Assembly: GCA_951406725.2 (NCBI GenBank)
Contig: OX597831.1
Coordinates: forward strand, 42,036,001 to 42,100,000
Source of the DNA: Octopus vulgaris
Taxonomy: Eukaryota
Length of the DNA: 64,000 bases
Reading direction: 5' to 3'
Position 1 is the stretch's first letter. Each line of letters starts with the position of its first letter. The position numbers were made by a program, and so were the translations under genes. Below the pieces are notes generated by a model, which was not told where the DNA came from, did no database searches, and worked only from the letters and a program-made list of their open reading frames with translations. Below are positions 12,510 to 24,884 of this stretch, one piece after another.

Positions 12510-13190
12510 CACTCCAGACCTCATTGTCCTTGCATCTGCAGGTATCACCTCAATTAAAGCAATGATTCTGAAAAACCAAGATGGTCTGGCCATATTGTTT
12601 GAATGGTGGATGAAAAGACACCCAAACAACTGTCTTATGGTGAGCTTGCAGAGGGAAAATACTATGGGTGTAAACCTAAAAAGAAGTTTAAAGATGGCAT
12701 AAGGACTAACATGAAGTCACTTAGAATGGATCCAGAAGTCATAAAAACCCTTGCTTTGGATCAAGCTGGATGGTGAATAAAAGTGTGAAGTGGTGTGAAA
12801 GCATTTGAAAGGCCAGGATAAGGCATGCAAAACTAAAGAGAGATTTAAAGAAGAATGTTACGATTGAGTAGGTGAATCATGTAACAGACCATGTCTTTCT
12901 TCTACTGCACTCAAATTTCAGTTGCAGACCCCTAAAATACGAACCTCCACCAACTATTCTGCCTGTATGTCTGTGCCTACTTTTCTGCAAATCTAACAGA
13001 ATCCTCAAAAGGCATTTTAAGATCCACAAAAATCAGAACTTAACTGCAACTCTTGGTGGTCCAAAATGGATATGCAATCTATGTGGGTGATTTTTCAAAA
13101 CATTGTCTGGTTTAAAAATCCACATCAGATGCCATGATGGATCTAAGGTGTAGGTACAAGAGGTGGTCAGACATTGCATAAGGGATAACA
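12510..13190 (+). mobile_element. RTE-type LINE 3' fragment (degenerate)
   Basis: Frame-shifted WSGHIV*MVDEKTPKQLSYGELAEGK...KPKKKFKDGIRTNMK, an RTE ORF C-terminal signature. Confidence 0.7.
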
Positions 13191-13529
13191 CCCAGTGGTT
13201 AGGGTTATATCTTTGTGATCATGAGTTGTTGGTTTCAATCCTTGCACTGCACAGTGCACCAAGTTCTTGAGCAAAGTTCTTCATTTCATGTTGCTTTAAG
13301 ATCACTTCAACATCTGACACATACATACATATATTCTACAGAATTTACTTTTTTTGTATATCTTACTATCACAGTAACCAGCATTCTGATTTTAAATTCT
13401 GCCAAGGTCGACTTTGCCTTTCTTCCTTTAGGGGTCAATTAAATGAGTACCAGATACACACTGACATTGATATAATCAACTTAATTCCTTCCCCTAATTT
13501 CAGTCCTTGTGCCTACAGTAGAAAGGATT

Positions 13530-13700
13530 ATTGCGGTTCATTTTGTCTAGAAAGGGAAGAGAAATCCCATGAAAAAAAATCAAAATAGACATTACTAATT
13601 CTATTCCTTTGTTCTTGGATTTACCTAATGAATACCTATTTTAATTGGTTTTTTAATTGAATTTCTCTTCCCTTTCTAGACAAAATGAACCACAATATCA
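13530..13700. repeat. Short foldback inverted repeat
   Basis: GGTTCATTTTGTCTAGAAAGGGAAGAGAAAT is mirrored by ATTTCTCTTCCCTTTCTAGACAAAATGAACC. Confidence 0.8.
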
Positions 13701-14209
13701 CACAAGGAATATTCTTCCACTGTTACATAGTATCATCATCATCATCGTCATCATCACCATCATTTAACGTCTGTTGTCCATGCTGGAATTATGTTTAATT
13801 CTCATGAAGCAGAGGTTTCACATTATCATATATATGTAACTACATAAATGCATACTCACACACACACACACACACACACGTGTGTAAATACATACATTCA
13901 TACATACATAAACACAGACATACATACATACAAACATACATCATCATCATCATCATTGTTCGACCGTGGTCGAGACAATGGAATTTACCATGCTACGCCG
14001 GACTTCACGGTCCATCATGGCATTACGGAGCTGGAAGGCTGCACCAAACTCCAGTCTGATTTAGCAGAGTTTCTATAGCTGGATGCCCTTCCTAATGCCA
14101 AACTCTTCGGGAGTGTAATGGGTGCTTTTACATGCCATCAGCATGGGTGTCATTTGCATGACATTACTATATATACACGTGGACGTAGGCGCAATCGATG
14201 CCGTCAGTT

Positions 14210-17200
14210 GCCGAAAATTTTCCCCAAAGATTTTTCGAAAATTTTCACCGAAAATTTTGACCAAAAATTTTCCGAAAATTTTCCCCAAAAATATTTCGAA
14301 AATTTTCACCGAAAATTTTACCCAAGAATTTTTCGAAAATTTTCCGCAAAAATTTTTCGAAAATTTTACACAAAAATTTTTCGATGAGTTTCACTGAAAA
14401 TTTTACAAAAAAATTTTCCGAAAATTCCCACCAAAAGTTTTCTCCAAAAACTTTTCGAAAATTTTCACGGAAAACATTCCCCAAAAATTTTCCAAAGTTT
14501 TCACCAAAAATTTTTCGAAAACTTTACCCAAAAATCTCTCGAAAGTTTTCACCGAAAATTTTACGCAAAAATTTTTCGAAAATTTTCACCAAATATTATC
14601 ACCAAAAACTTTTCGAAAATTTTCATGGAAAACTTTCCCCAAAAATTTTTCGAAAATTTTAAACGAAAATTTTCCCCAAAACTTTTCCAAAAAATTGCAC
14701 CGAAAATTTTCCAAAATTTTCACCGAAAATTTTACCAAAAAATTTTTCGAAAATTTTCACCGAAAATTTTACCCAAAAATTTTTCGAAAATTTTTCTAAA
14801 ATTTTCGCCGATAATTTTCCCCGAAAATTTTCCCCAAAAATTTTTCCAAAATTTTCATCGAAAATTTTCCCCAAAAGTTTTTCGAAAATTGTACCAAAAA
14901 ATTTTTCGAAACTTTTCACCGAAAATTTTCCCCAAGTTTGTCGAAAATCTTACCCAAAAATTTTTCGAAAATTTTCACCGAAAATTTTTCCCAAAAATTT
15001 TTCCAAAATTTTCATCGAAAATTTTCCACAAAAGTTTTTCCAAAATTTTCACCGGAAATTTTTCCCCAAAAATTTTTCCAAAATTTTTAGAAAATTTTGT
15101 GATTTTGGCACCGCTGGCCTTCCATACCTTTTGAATTTGGCACCGCTGGCCTTCCATACTTTTTGATTTTGGCACCGCTGGCCTTCCATACTTTTTGATT
15201 TTGGCACAGCTTGCCTTCCATACTTTTTGATTTTGGCACAGCTGGCCTTCCATACTTTTTGATTTTGGCACAGCTGGCCATCCATACTTTGTAATTTTGG
15301 CACCGCTGGCCTTGTGATTTTTCGAATATTTTCACCGAAAATTATCCACAAAATTTTTTCGAAAATTCTCACCGAAAATTTTACCCAAAAATAGATGTCA
15401 TAGTTAAAAATAGAGTTTTAGGTGGTTGCTGCTGCTTGCTTTCTGTGTATATATAGCGTGAATTCTGGTGTTCTACTACAGTCAAGATGCCTCACCATAT
15501 CCGATACCCCAATTTCTGCTTTACACTTAATAACTATGTCGTGATCGACGTTTATTGACTTCAGCATATGGAGCATATTCGTTATATGGGTTTTCGAAAA
15601 TTTTCATTGAAAATTTCCCCCAAAAATTTTTCGAAAATTTTCACCGAAAATGTTACCCGAAAATTTTTCGAAAATTGGCACCGCTGGCTTTCCATACTTT
15701 GTGATTTGGGCACCGCTGGCTTTTCATACTTTGTGATTTGGGCACCACTGGCCTTCCATACTTTGTGATTTTGGCACAGCTGGCCTTCCATACTTTGTGA
15801 ATATTTTCACCGAAAATTTTACCCCAAAATTTTGCGAAAATTACCGAAAATTTTAACCAGAAAGTTTTCGAAAATTTTACCCAAAAAATTTTTCGAGAAT
15901 TTTCACTGAAAATTTTCTTCAAAAATTTTTCGAAGATGCTCACCGAAAATTTTAACCAAAAATTTTCACCGAAATTTTTCAAAAATTTTTCGAAAATTTT
16001 CACTGAAAATTTTACTCAAATTTCACGGAAAATTTTCCCAAAAAAATTTTCCGTATAATTTCACCCAAAAATTTTGCGAAAATTTTCACCGATAATTTTA
16101 CCCAAAAATTTTCCGAAAATTTTAACCAAAAAGATTTCGAAAATTTTCACCGAAAACTTTAACCAAAAATTTACTGAAAATTTCACCCAAAAAGTTTTCG
16201 AAAATTTTCCCCAAAAATTTTTCGAAAATTTTCACCAAAAATTTTCTCCAAAAATTTTTCGATGTTCATCGAAAATTTTACCCAAAAAGTTTTCGAAAAT
16301 TTTACCCAAAATTTTTTCGAAAATTTCACCCAAAAATTTCCGAATATTTTCACCGAAAATTTTACCCAAAAATTTTGCGAAAATTTTCACCGAAAATTTT
16401 AACCAAAAAGTTTTCGAAAATTTTCACCGAAAACTTTACCCAAAAATTTACCGAAAATTTCACCTAAAAAGTTTTGGAAAATTTTCACCGAAAACTTTAC
16501 CCAAAAATTTTCAGAAAGTTTTCCTCCAAAATTTGTCGAAAATTTCATCCAAAAATTTTCAGATACTTTTCAAAAATTTTTCGAAAAGTTTCACCGAAAA
16601 TTTTCCCTAAAAAATTTTCGACAAATTTTTGGGGAAAGTTTTCGAAAACTTTTTGGGTGAAATTTTCGAAAAATTTATGGGAAAAATTTTTGGGTAAAAT
16701 TTCAACTAAAAAGTGTTCGAAAATTTTCACTGAAAATTTTCCCCAAAAATTTTTCGAAAATTGGCACCGCTGGCTTTCCATACTTTGTGATTTGGGCACC
16801 GCTGACTTTTCATACTTTGTGATTTGGGCACCACTGGCCTTCCATACTTTGTGATTTTGGCACCGCTGGCCTTCCATACTTTGTGATTTTGGCACCGCAA
16901 ATGTTATCCAACAATTTTCCGAAAATTTTACCCAAAAAGTTTTCGAAAATTTACACCAAAAATTTTACCCAAAAATTTTCCGAAAATTTTAACCAGAAAG
17001 TTTTCGAAAATTTTCATCGAAATCTTTACTCAAAAATTTACCTAAAATTTCACCCAAAAAGTTTTCGAAAATTTTCCCCAAAAATCTTTCGAAAGTTTTC
17101 ACCGAAAATTTTCCCCAAAAATTTTGCGAAAGTTTTCACCGAAAATTTTCCACAAAAATTTTTCGAAAATTTTCACCGAAAATTTTCGAAAAATTTTCAC

Positions 17201-17868
17201 CAAAACTTTTCGAAAATTTCATGGAAAACTTTCCAAAATTTTCGAAATTTTCATCGAAAATTTTCCAAAATTGAAAATTTTCCGAAAATCCCCAAATATT
17301 TGGAAAATTTCCGAAAATTTTACCAATTTTCGAAAATTTTAACGAAATTTACAAAATTTTCGAAAATTTTCAAAATTTTACCAAAACTTTTCGAAAATTT
17401 TCACCGAAAAAAAATTTTCGAAAATTTTCATGTTTCGATGAGGAAAACGAAAATTCCAAAACTTTTCGAAAATTTTCCCATTTCAAAATTTTTCACCGAA
17501 AATTTTCGCCAAAAATTTTTCGAAAACTTTACCCAAAAATCTTTCGAAAGTTTTCACCGAAAATTTTTACCAAATATTATCACCAAAAACTTTTCGAAAA
17601 TTTTCATGGAAAACTTTCCCCAAAACTTTTTCGAAAATTTTCACCGAAAATTTTCCCCAAAACTTTTCCCAAAAATTTCACCGAAAATTTTCCCCGGAAA
17701 TTTTACCCAAAAATTTTCACCGAAAATTTTCCACAAAAATTTTTTGAAAATTTTAAACAAAAATTTTTCAAAAATTTTCGCCGATAATTTTCCTCAAAAA
17801 TTTTCCCCAAAAATTTTTCAAAAATTTTCATCGAAAATTTTCCCCCAAAGTTTTTCGAAAATTTTCAC
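14210..17868. repeat. 3.7-kb A/T-tract satellite (units like TTTTCACCGAAAATTTTCCCCAAAAATTTTTCGAAAA) with three embedded arrays of a 30-bp repeat TTTTGGCACCGCTGGCCTTCCATACTTTGTGA
   Basis: Seen directly; 30-bp arrays at about 15097-15315, 15675-15800 and 16761-16897. The K/F/I-rich ORFs are by-products. Confidence 0.95.
15487..15594 (+). pseudogene. rep: N-terminal fragment of a CRESS-DNA/circovirus-like HUH Rep protein (endogenous viral or Rep-element remnant)
   Basis: Translation MPHHIRYPNFCFTLNNYVVIDVY*LQHMEHIRYMGF contains rolling-circle motif I FTLNN (15520-15534) at the expected N-terminal position. TATATATA lies about 35 nt upstream. There is one in-frame TGA and the satellite truncates the fragment. 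Confidence 0.6.
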
Positions 17869-18533
17869 TATATATACATATATATATACATACATACATA
17901 TAGCTATGGTCTATTCTGTAAAGAACATAGTAGAGTAGACTTACCCTTTGCTATCCAGTAGTAGTCTTATAGGTACTATAGGTTTGCGTTTGGGCATCTG
18001 TCATGTGTGAATAGGTAATTGAAGAAATTAGGGTCAACTACAAGGAAATACAAGTTGGAAATTTACTTTTTAATCACTATAATTCTTTTGATGCAATGTA
18101 ATTCTCCAGGTGTGCAGATACTTGATTAAATAACTGTTTCCCTGCATTATGAGATCTAGTTGTGTTTCCTCGGTTGTATGCAAATATTGTCTTTGTAGGT
18201 TTAAAATTCTCAGCTTCAAGAACATCCTATCTGACAAGATCTTGGTAATGCAGAGAAACAGTCGCATAATCATGTACCTGCACATCTGGAGAACTACGTA
18301 GCATTGAAACAATTGTGGTAATTAAAAAATGTATGTCTAACCATACCCCTCCTTGTTGACTCCAATTTCTTCAATTATACATACAGATATGTATACACAT
18401 ATTGCTTCTCAACCACATGGTTCCAGGTTCAGTCTCATTGTGTGGGACCTTCAGCAATTCTTGAGAGTGGATTTGGTCGATGGAAACTGAAAGAAGCCAG
18501 TCATGCATATATGTGTGTATATATGTATGTATG

Positions 18534-18565
<32 letters not shown>

Positions 18566-18587
18566 TGTATGTATGTATGTATGTATG

Positions 18588-18634
<47 letters not shown>

Positions 18635-21570
18635 TATATATGATGTGTATGTGTGTATATCTATATGTGTGATTTGTGTCTGTGTTTGTCCCCCATCATC
18701 ACATGACAACCAGTCTTGGTGTGTTTGCATCTCCATAACTTAGTGGTTCAGCCAAAATCACTGATAAAGTAAGCACTGGGCCTTAAAAAATATAAATCCT
18801 GGGGTATATTTCTTCTACTAAAACCATTCAAGGTGGTACTCCAGCATGGCTGCAGTCAACTGACTGAAAAAAGTAAAAGCTATATAAAATATTGATTTCT
18901 TTTCATCTTTTTCTTCTTCTAGAGTGAATATATCGAAAACCATCCAAGTTGATGAAGCTGTGAGCATCTTGCTATCAATATCTGATCAAATTACGGGGAA
19001 GACAATTGTCCAGTTCTGAGCAACCAGCCATCACTGTTAATTTGTTAATTTGTAAATAAATTTTCCTTCCAAAAATAAATTCATCTTAAGCTGTTATTAA
19101 TGTTGTTATTGTTATTAGTTATATTTACATTGAAGTGGGTGGCATAATTGGTAGAGCATCTGGCAAAAATACTTTCAGTTATTTTGTTATATTTTTGTAC
19201 CCACAATGCTAGAAAAAGGCATGGCCATATAGCTAAGAAGCTCACTTTGCAACCATGTGGCTTTGGGTTCAGTCCCACTTTGCAGCACCTTGAATAAATA
19301 GCTTCTGCTACATGCTACATCCCTTGGCCAGACAGTACCTTATGAGTGAATTTGGTTGACAGAAACTGAGGAAACCCATGTATATATATATAGACACAGA
19401 CGTTTGGTGTAGACTTCTGCCTGGCCAGCTCCTGTCAGAGTGTCCTAGCCATGCCAGCATTGATGGAGGACATTAACGATGATGATGACGATGATGATAT
19501 AAAAGTTACAAGGGGTTTTTCTCAGGGTGACTCAAGCTCTTAGGTATGTATTCTAAGTTCTCATTTTGGTATGCCACTAAAATTCTGGTTTGAATTGCAG
19601 TTGAAAATGTGATTTTGTGACTACCTTGCTAAAGCGACTAGAAGTGGCTTCCTCTTGAGCCAATAGATATAGAATAAAGCTGAAGAGAAAAGGCAAATGG
19701 TTTGGCAAAATTTGACGAGGATAGTTAATTTAACTACACCATAAAATGGTTTACATAGTCCCTAACAAGTGTTTCTAGAAGATACTTACCAAAGGTGTTG
19801 TGCAATGGATTAAGCCCAAGATCCAGTTCTGAGCAACCAGCCATACTTACACCCCCACCCACCCAACACACACACACATGTGCATACACACACACATATG
19901 CTTACACATATCATCATTAATTTTTTTGTTTGATTTTCTATGTTAGCTTGGATTGGAAGGGTTAATTTCAAAACCATGTCATGTCATTTGTTCTTTCTTT
20001 CATGACGCTCAACATCCTGAGATCAAACCCTACCACTTCTATCCATATTTCTTCAGTTCTCCTCTTCTCCAAACTCCTTCCAAACTCTTTTACCTAACAG
20101 TATACTTATGCATCATCATCCAGGCATATCGACATTACACATCCAATGGTACATGTTCATCTTATTTCTCTTTAATTTTTACACATATCCTCTACATCCA
20201 ATGTCATCATTCTGCTATCATGCAATATCATATCTTATACATAAAACATCATACAGTCTGTTCTTCATTCAAAAAGGAAAGTTCTCTTTTACTAACTCTA
20301 CTAACAGATGTCAGTTGATTCCATTAGAGCTAATACTTTTCATTAAAATACTATAATGCCTGGCCCCCGTGCTGGTGGCACATAAAAAGCACCATCCGTT
20401 CGTGGCCGTTTGCCAGCTCTGTCTGGCACCTGTGCGGGTGGCACGTAAAAAGCACCCACTACACTCACGGAGTGGTTGGCATTAGGAAGGGCATCAAGCC
20501 GTAGAAACACTGCCAGATCTGACTAGGCCTGATGAAGCCTTCCGGCTTCACAGACCCCAGTTGAACTGTCCAACCCATGCTAGCATGGAAAACGGACGCT
20601 AAACGATGATGATGATGATGATGATGAATGCAACTTTCGCTCAGAAAAGCTTCCTAAATGCATTCGTACAACATTTAAGATAGGTTGATTTTTCCAAATG
20701 ATAATCATCACACACTATTATCAATAATCTTTACCTGTATACTGCATTTGCATATGTCTGAAAGTGTACTGTCTCTTTCTGTGTGCATGTCTGTAAGTGA
20801 GCATACATCTGTCTGTGTGCATAATCATTAATGTTTTTATGACCTCATTCATTTTACGTTTGTCATTCTCAATTCATCTCCATTTAGCTTTCCTTATACT
20901 TGAATGTTTATAAATTCTAAAATTCATTGAATTTTTTGCCATCCATATTTCATTTTGGCTACATACCTCAAATGTTGATTCCTCCCACCTATTTTCCCTC
21001 TATAATTGTGTGTGCGTGTGGGGTGGGGTTAGGTATGGCTCTGTGGTTAAGAAGCTTGCTTTACAACAATGTGGTCATGGGTTCAATCCTAGTGCACAAT
21101 ACACATATATATGCACACACACACACACACATACATCTATTCATATACATGCTGATGTTTTGTGTAACTGGCACATAAGAAGCTATGTTCAAATGTCGGT
21201 GCCAGGGACAGAAGAATGCATCTCCCAGAAAGACATTTCTATAGGGTAAAATAGTTACCAAAGGGGTCTATAGATAAAGAATGGTTGAGAACCCTTGACC
21301 TAGATTTTGGAAAAATATTCAGCCATCATGAGTTACATAGTCAAGTGCATAAATGGAAAGGGTTTCCATTGGTTCCTTTGAATGAGTATCAAAGGTGTCT
21401 TCTATCAAATGAACAGGAATGGCTGTGTGGTAAGAAGATTGTTTCCCAACCACATGATTCCAGGTACAGTCTCACTGCGTGGCATCTGGGGTAAGTGTCT
21501 TCTACTAAAGCCTCTGGTTGACCAAAACCTTGTGAGTGGATTTGGTAGATGGAAACTGAAAGAAGCCCCT

Positions 21571-21612
<42 letters not shown>

Positions 21613-21744
21613 TTCAGTAAAAATTTTGATTCAGATGAATATGGTACTTAAGTTGAAGGCACCCGAATTTAGTATGGTATTATCCATATAATTCAAAATG
21701 GGGTGATTACAATCAAAATAAGCAACAAGGATATCCAGAGGTAA

Positions 21745-21831
21745 TGCAATACGATCGTTTCATGCGACTCCATTTAATTGAACAATGCAAACAATATATC
21801 AATTTAAAATGTAGAGCAATCTTCAGCTGCA
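21745..21831 (-). ncRNA. Type I hammerhead ribozyme motif in a Penelope-type terminal repeat
   Basis: UGCAG-CUGAAGA-UUGC...GCAU-GAAA-CGAUCG-UA^UUGCA; stem I pairs and stem/loop III is palindromic (ACGATCGT). The flanks resemble 63780-63990. Confidence 0.6.
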
Positions 21832-22404
21832 CAAAAATATAGAATTTAATTAAATTCGAAGGAATCATTAGTATAATTTTATCCAAAATCACCAAGAGGA
21901 AAGGGAGATAGACAAAGAACATGTTTTACCAACAACAACACAGTTGTAACTGAATTTTTTCAAAAAAGACACTGCTTTTCACTGATTATTTCTGTTATTT
22001 AGATTTAATTATGGGGGCAGGGAGTTCAGTTTTAATTTATAGGCTAGTTTATCAAATCTGAGAGAATACAGAGGGTAGTATCATTTTGGGGTAGGGCAAA
22101 GTAGATAGACAATTTAAGTGGCATAGTCATAAATCAAGATTTATTTGAAGCAAAGCCATTTGGTTCAGTAAGAAGATACTTCAAACAAGATGTTGGCTAC
22201 TATTAAGTAGACCAATGCTAATGGGACAGGAGAAGTCTTATATAGTAGTACATTTACCTATTATAAAAACAATGTTATTATTTGTGTATACACAGATAAA
22301 TTTTAGAGTTAATCTAAAGAATACTAAGAAGTGTCACAAGTTACAATACAGTCTTGAAATGAATCAGTCTACTTAAAGAGAAGTGACAAGAAAATTTCAT
22401 AACT

Positions 22405-22540
22405 GGGCATTTTCTGATTTTCATTCAAATTGTGTGGTACCCATTTGTCGAGCTTTTTTGATTTTCTGATCGCATGCAAATAGTTGCAGGTAGTTTTCCG
22501 GCTAACTTGAAGTTCTTTTGCCAGTTTTTGAGTGGTTTTA
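22405..22540 (-). mobile_element. Mariner transposase fragment
   Basis: KTTQKLAKELQVSRKTTCNYLHAIRKSKKLDKWVPHNLNENQK: HTH region plus a WVPHEL-type motif. Confidence 0.85.
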
Positions 22541-22662
22541 CAAAACCAGGTAGAAATTCTTCATGGTTCAAAACATAGCTTATTTCTTATTCAACCTGAT
22601 ACATACAATCACACTACTCAAGTATAATGACACACTAAAACAATATTTATATTTTAAATTTC

Positions 22663-22668
22663 TTTATT
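22663..22668 (-). terminator. Polyadenylation signal of gene 2
   Basis: AATAAA about 45 nt after the stop codon; conserved in gene 3 at 56502-56507. Confidence 0.7.
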
Positions 22669-22711
22669 CATCTCAAAGAATTACATTTTTCCTAAAAGTG
22701 GAAGACCTTTC

Positions 22712-22733
22712 TTAACCAGTTTGTTCCAGGATA
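22712..22733 (-). CDS. Peptide gene 2, terminal coding exon C: (I)ILEQTG*
   Basis: Acceptor TTTTCTTTCTTTTCTTCTTTTTTTTTCTAG, phase-2 join, TAA stop; conserved in gene 3. Confidence 0.85.
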
Positions 22734-24096
22734 CTAGAAAAAAAAAGAAGAAAAGAAAGAAAATCATTGTAGAGGAAGAATTTAATTATTAATTAAAAAT
22801 TTGAGGCAATGAGTTGGCAGGATGGTTAGCACACCAGGTAAAATGCTTAGCAATATTTCCATCTATCTTTGCTTTTTGGGACAATAAAATAAGTAGCAAT
22901 CGAGGACTAGGGGTTGATGCAATCAACTAGCCCCCTCCTCTCAAATTTCAGGCATTGTACCTATAGCAGAAATGATAATTAATTAAAAATTTAAGCAGTT
23001 TCATAATTTCATAATTAGTAAAGAACGAAGTTGAGATGAAGTTTATAGTTTTCATCAGGTTTGGTCTGCATGCCTATCCTTGTCAAGAATGCTGGGTAAC
23101 AACAGAAACAGTAAGACTGCAAATACAAGCAGTCAAAATGGGGTTCCTCTGAAGGATATCTGGAACATTGTCATTCCACATGGTGCATAATTTGAAGATT
23201 AAGTAGCCTCTCCAGATCAAGTCACTTCTTCTCCAGACTGAAAGGTCACAGTTTCAGCCACCATGAACATGTGATTAGAATGTCACAGGAAAGAATCATA
23301 GATAAGAATGTTTTATACGACCCCACCCACCAGAAACAAAGAGATACAAATTTGAACTCAGCAGAATTTAAACTCTGGGACTCTGGGAAGAGAGCCAGGA
23401 CAAAAACTGCAAGACATTATATCCAGCAGTAATGGCTTGGGCAATTTACCGTCTTTTAAAATAATGGCTTCAAACTGAGGTGCAATGCTAGTCAATCCCA
23501 AAGGAGATGATTTGTCGATACCATTAACTCTAGTACTTGACTGGTATGAAACTCAATTTGCATCAGTGTGATGCTGAGTTCACTCCTACTACACAGCACC
23601 TTGGGCAAGTATCTTAAGCTATGATCCTGGACCAACTAATGCTTTGTAGGGCCAAGGTAATTTGCATTAATTAAAACTAAAATGAGCTCAGAGAAATAAC
23701 TGAGAATGGCCAGTGGCATGTCTTTGAACAGCATAAAAAATTACAGGTATATCAAATAACATAAAACATAAATTCCTGATTTATTAAAACTATCTCTGCC
23801 TCTAGAGCATGTGTCATAATTATCAAATGACAATTAAGACTGGCTCCCCATGGGGAGGGGAGATAATCACAAGAATCAAAGATTCTCTCAAGTAACAGTG
23901 AAACCTGTTTTATGAGTCAGATAAAATAGATTTGTGCGGCATGGCTGGAAACCATAATCCAGTAGCTTTAGTTGTATGGTTTGAACTAATGACTTAAATG
24001 GTTACTAATTCAGCAACTTAATCTTACACCTTCTATTTTTAAGAATGAAATCTTTCAGTCCAGTAAAGAAGAAAGAAACACAAAACATCAACTTAC

Positions 24097-24211
24097 ATTT
24101 TGCATGCTGCTGAGCACAAAAATGTCCAGAAATCACCAACATATGTTTCACAAGCTGCCACACAACCACCAGATAAATCTAGTTTCTGTAGATGAGTAAT
24201 AATGTCATCAA
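24097..24211 (-). CDS. Peptide gene 2, coding exon B (115 nt): IDDIITHLQKLDLSGGCVAACETYVGDFWTFLCSAACK
   Basis: TTTTTCAG acceptor, GTAAGT donor, open frame, CX3C-X11-CX3C motif; homologous to genes 1 and 3. Confidence 0.92.
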
Positions 24212-24884
24212 CTGAAAAAGATTAAAAACATCAACAATGACAAAAATTAATAACAACAATAGTGTCCATGTGGTTATGTATTTTAAAATTTTAAAGACAG
24301 ATGAAAATTATGAAAAGATGTAAAGTGGCAAAGTGGAAGAATCATTAGCACTTTGGTTAAAAAGCTTAGAATATTTCTTCAGGCTTTATGTTCTGAGCTC
24401 AAATCTTGTTGAGGTCAACTTTACCTTTCAACATTTCGAGGTTGATAAAATAAGGATCAGTCAAAACTGGGGTTGTTTTACTCAGTTTCTCCCCCTCCTC
24501 TCAAAATGGCTGGCCTTGTGCCAAAATAGAAAGAAGTATTGTCTAAAAGATTTGCTCTTCTTTGTATCATTTTTGGTGTGGCATGTAACATCATGTGAGA
24601 TTAGAACCAAATTATTGGGACTATATTTCTACTCCTTCTTGAGCTAATGAGAGGACTTCTATACAGTTTCTTAATGTAACTGGAAAAAAAAAAACTGATG
24701 AGTAGCCATGTCTAACTAAAATAACAATCCATCTCTTAAGAAACATAAGGAAATACTAGATAATGTAAACCTACTTAAAAAAACAAAAATACAAACTATG
24801 TATGAGAGTTTTGTAACCTTGCAGATACTTGATTGATAGAATTGAATAGATGAATAGTTAAACAAAATAATTCCACTCAATATC

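Noticed and set aside
16883-17938. 351-aa ORF and neighbouring K/F/I-rich ORFs
   Set aside because: Translations of a stop-poor satellite, open in several frames and on both strands.
24115-24135. FWTF as a somatostatin-like FWKT pharmacophore
   Set aside because: The essential Lys is absent and gene 1 has IGEFF at this position.
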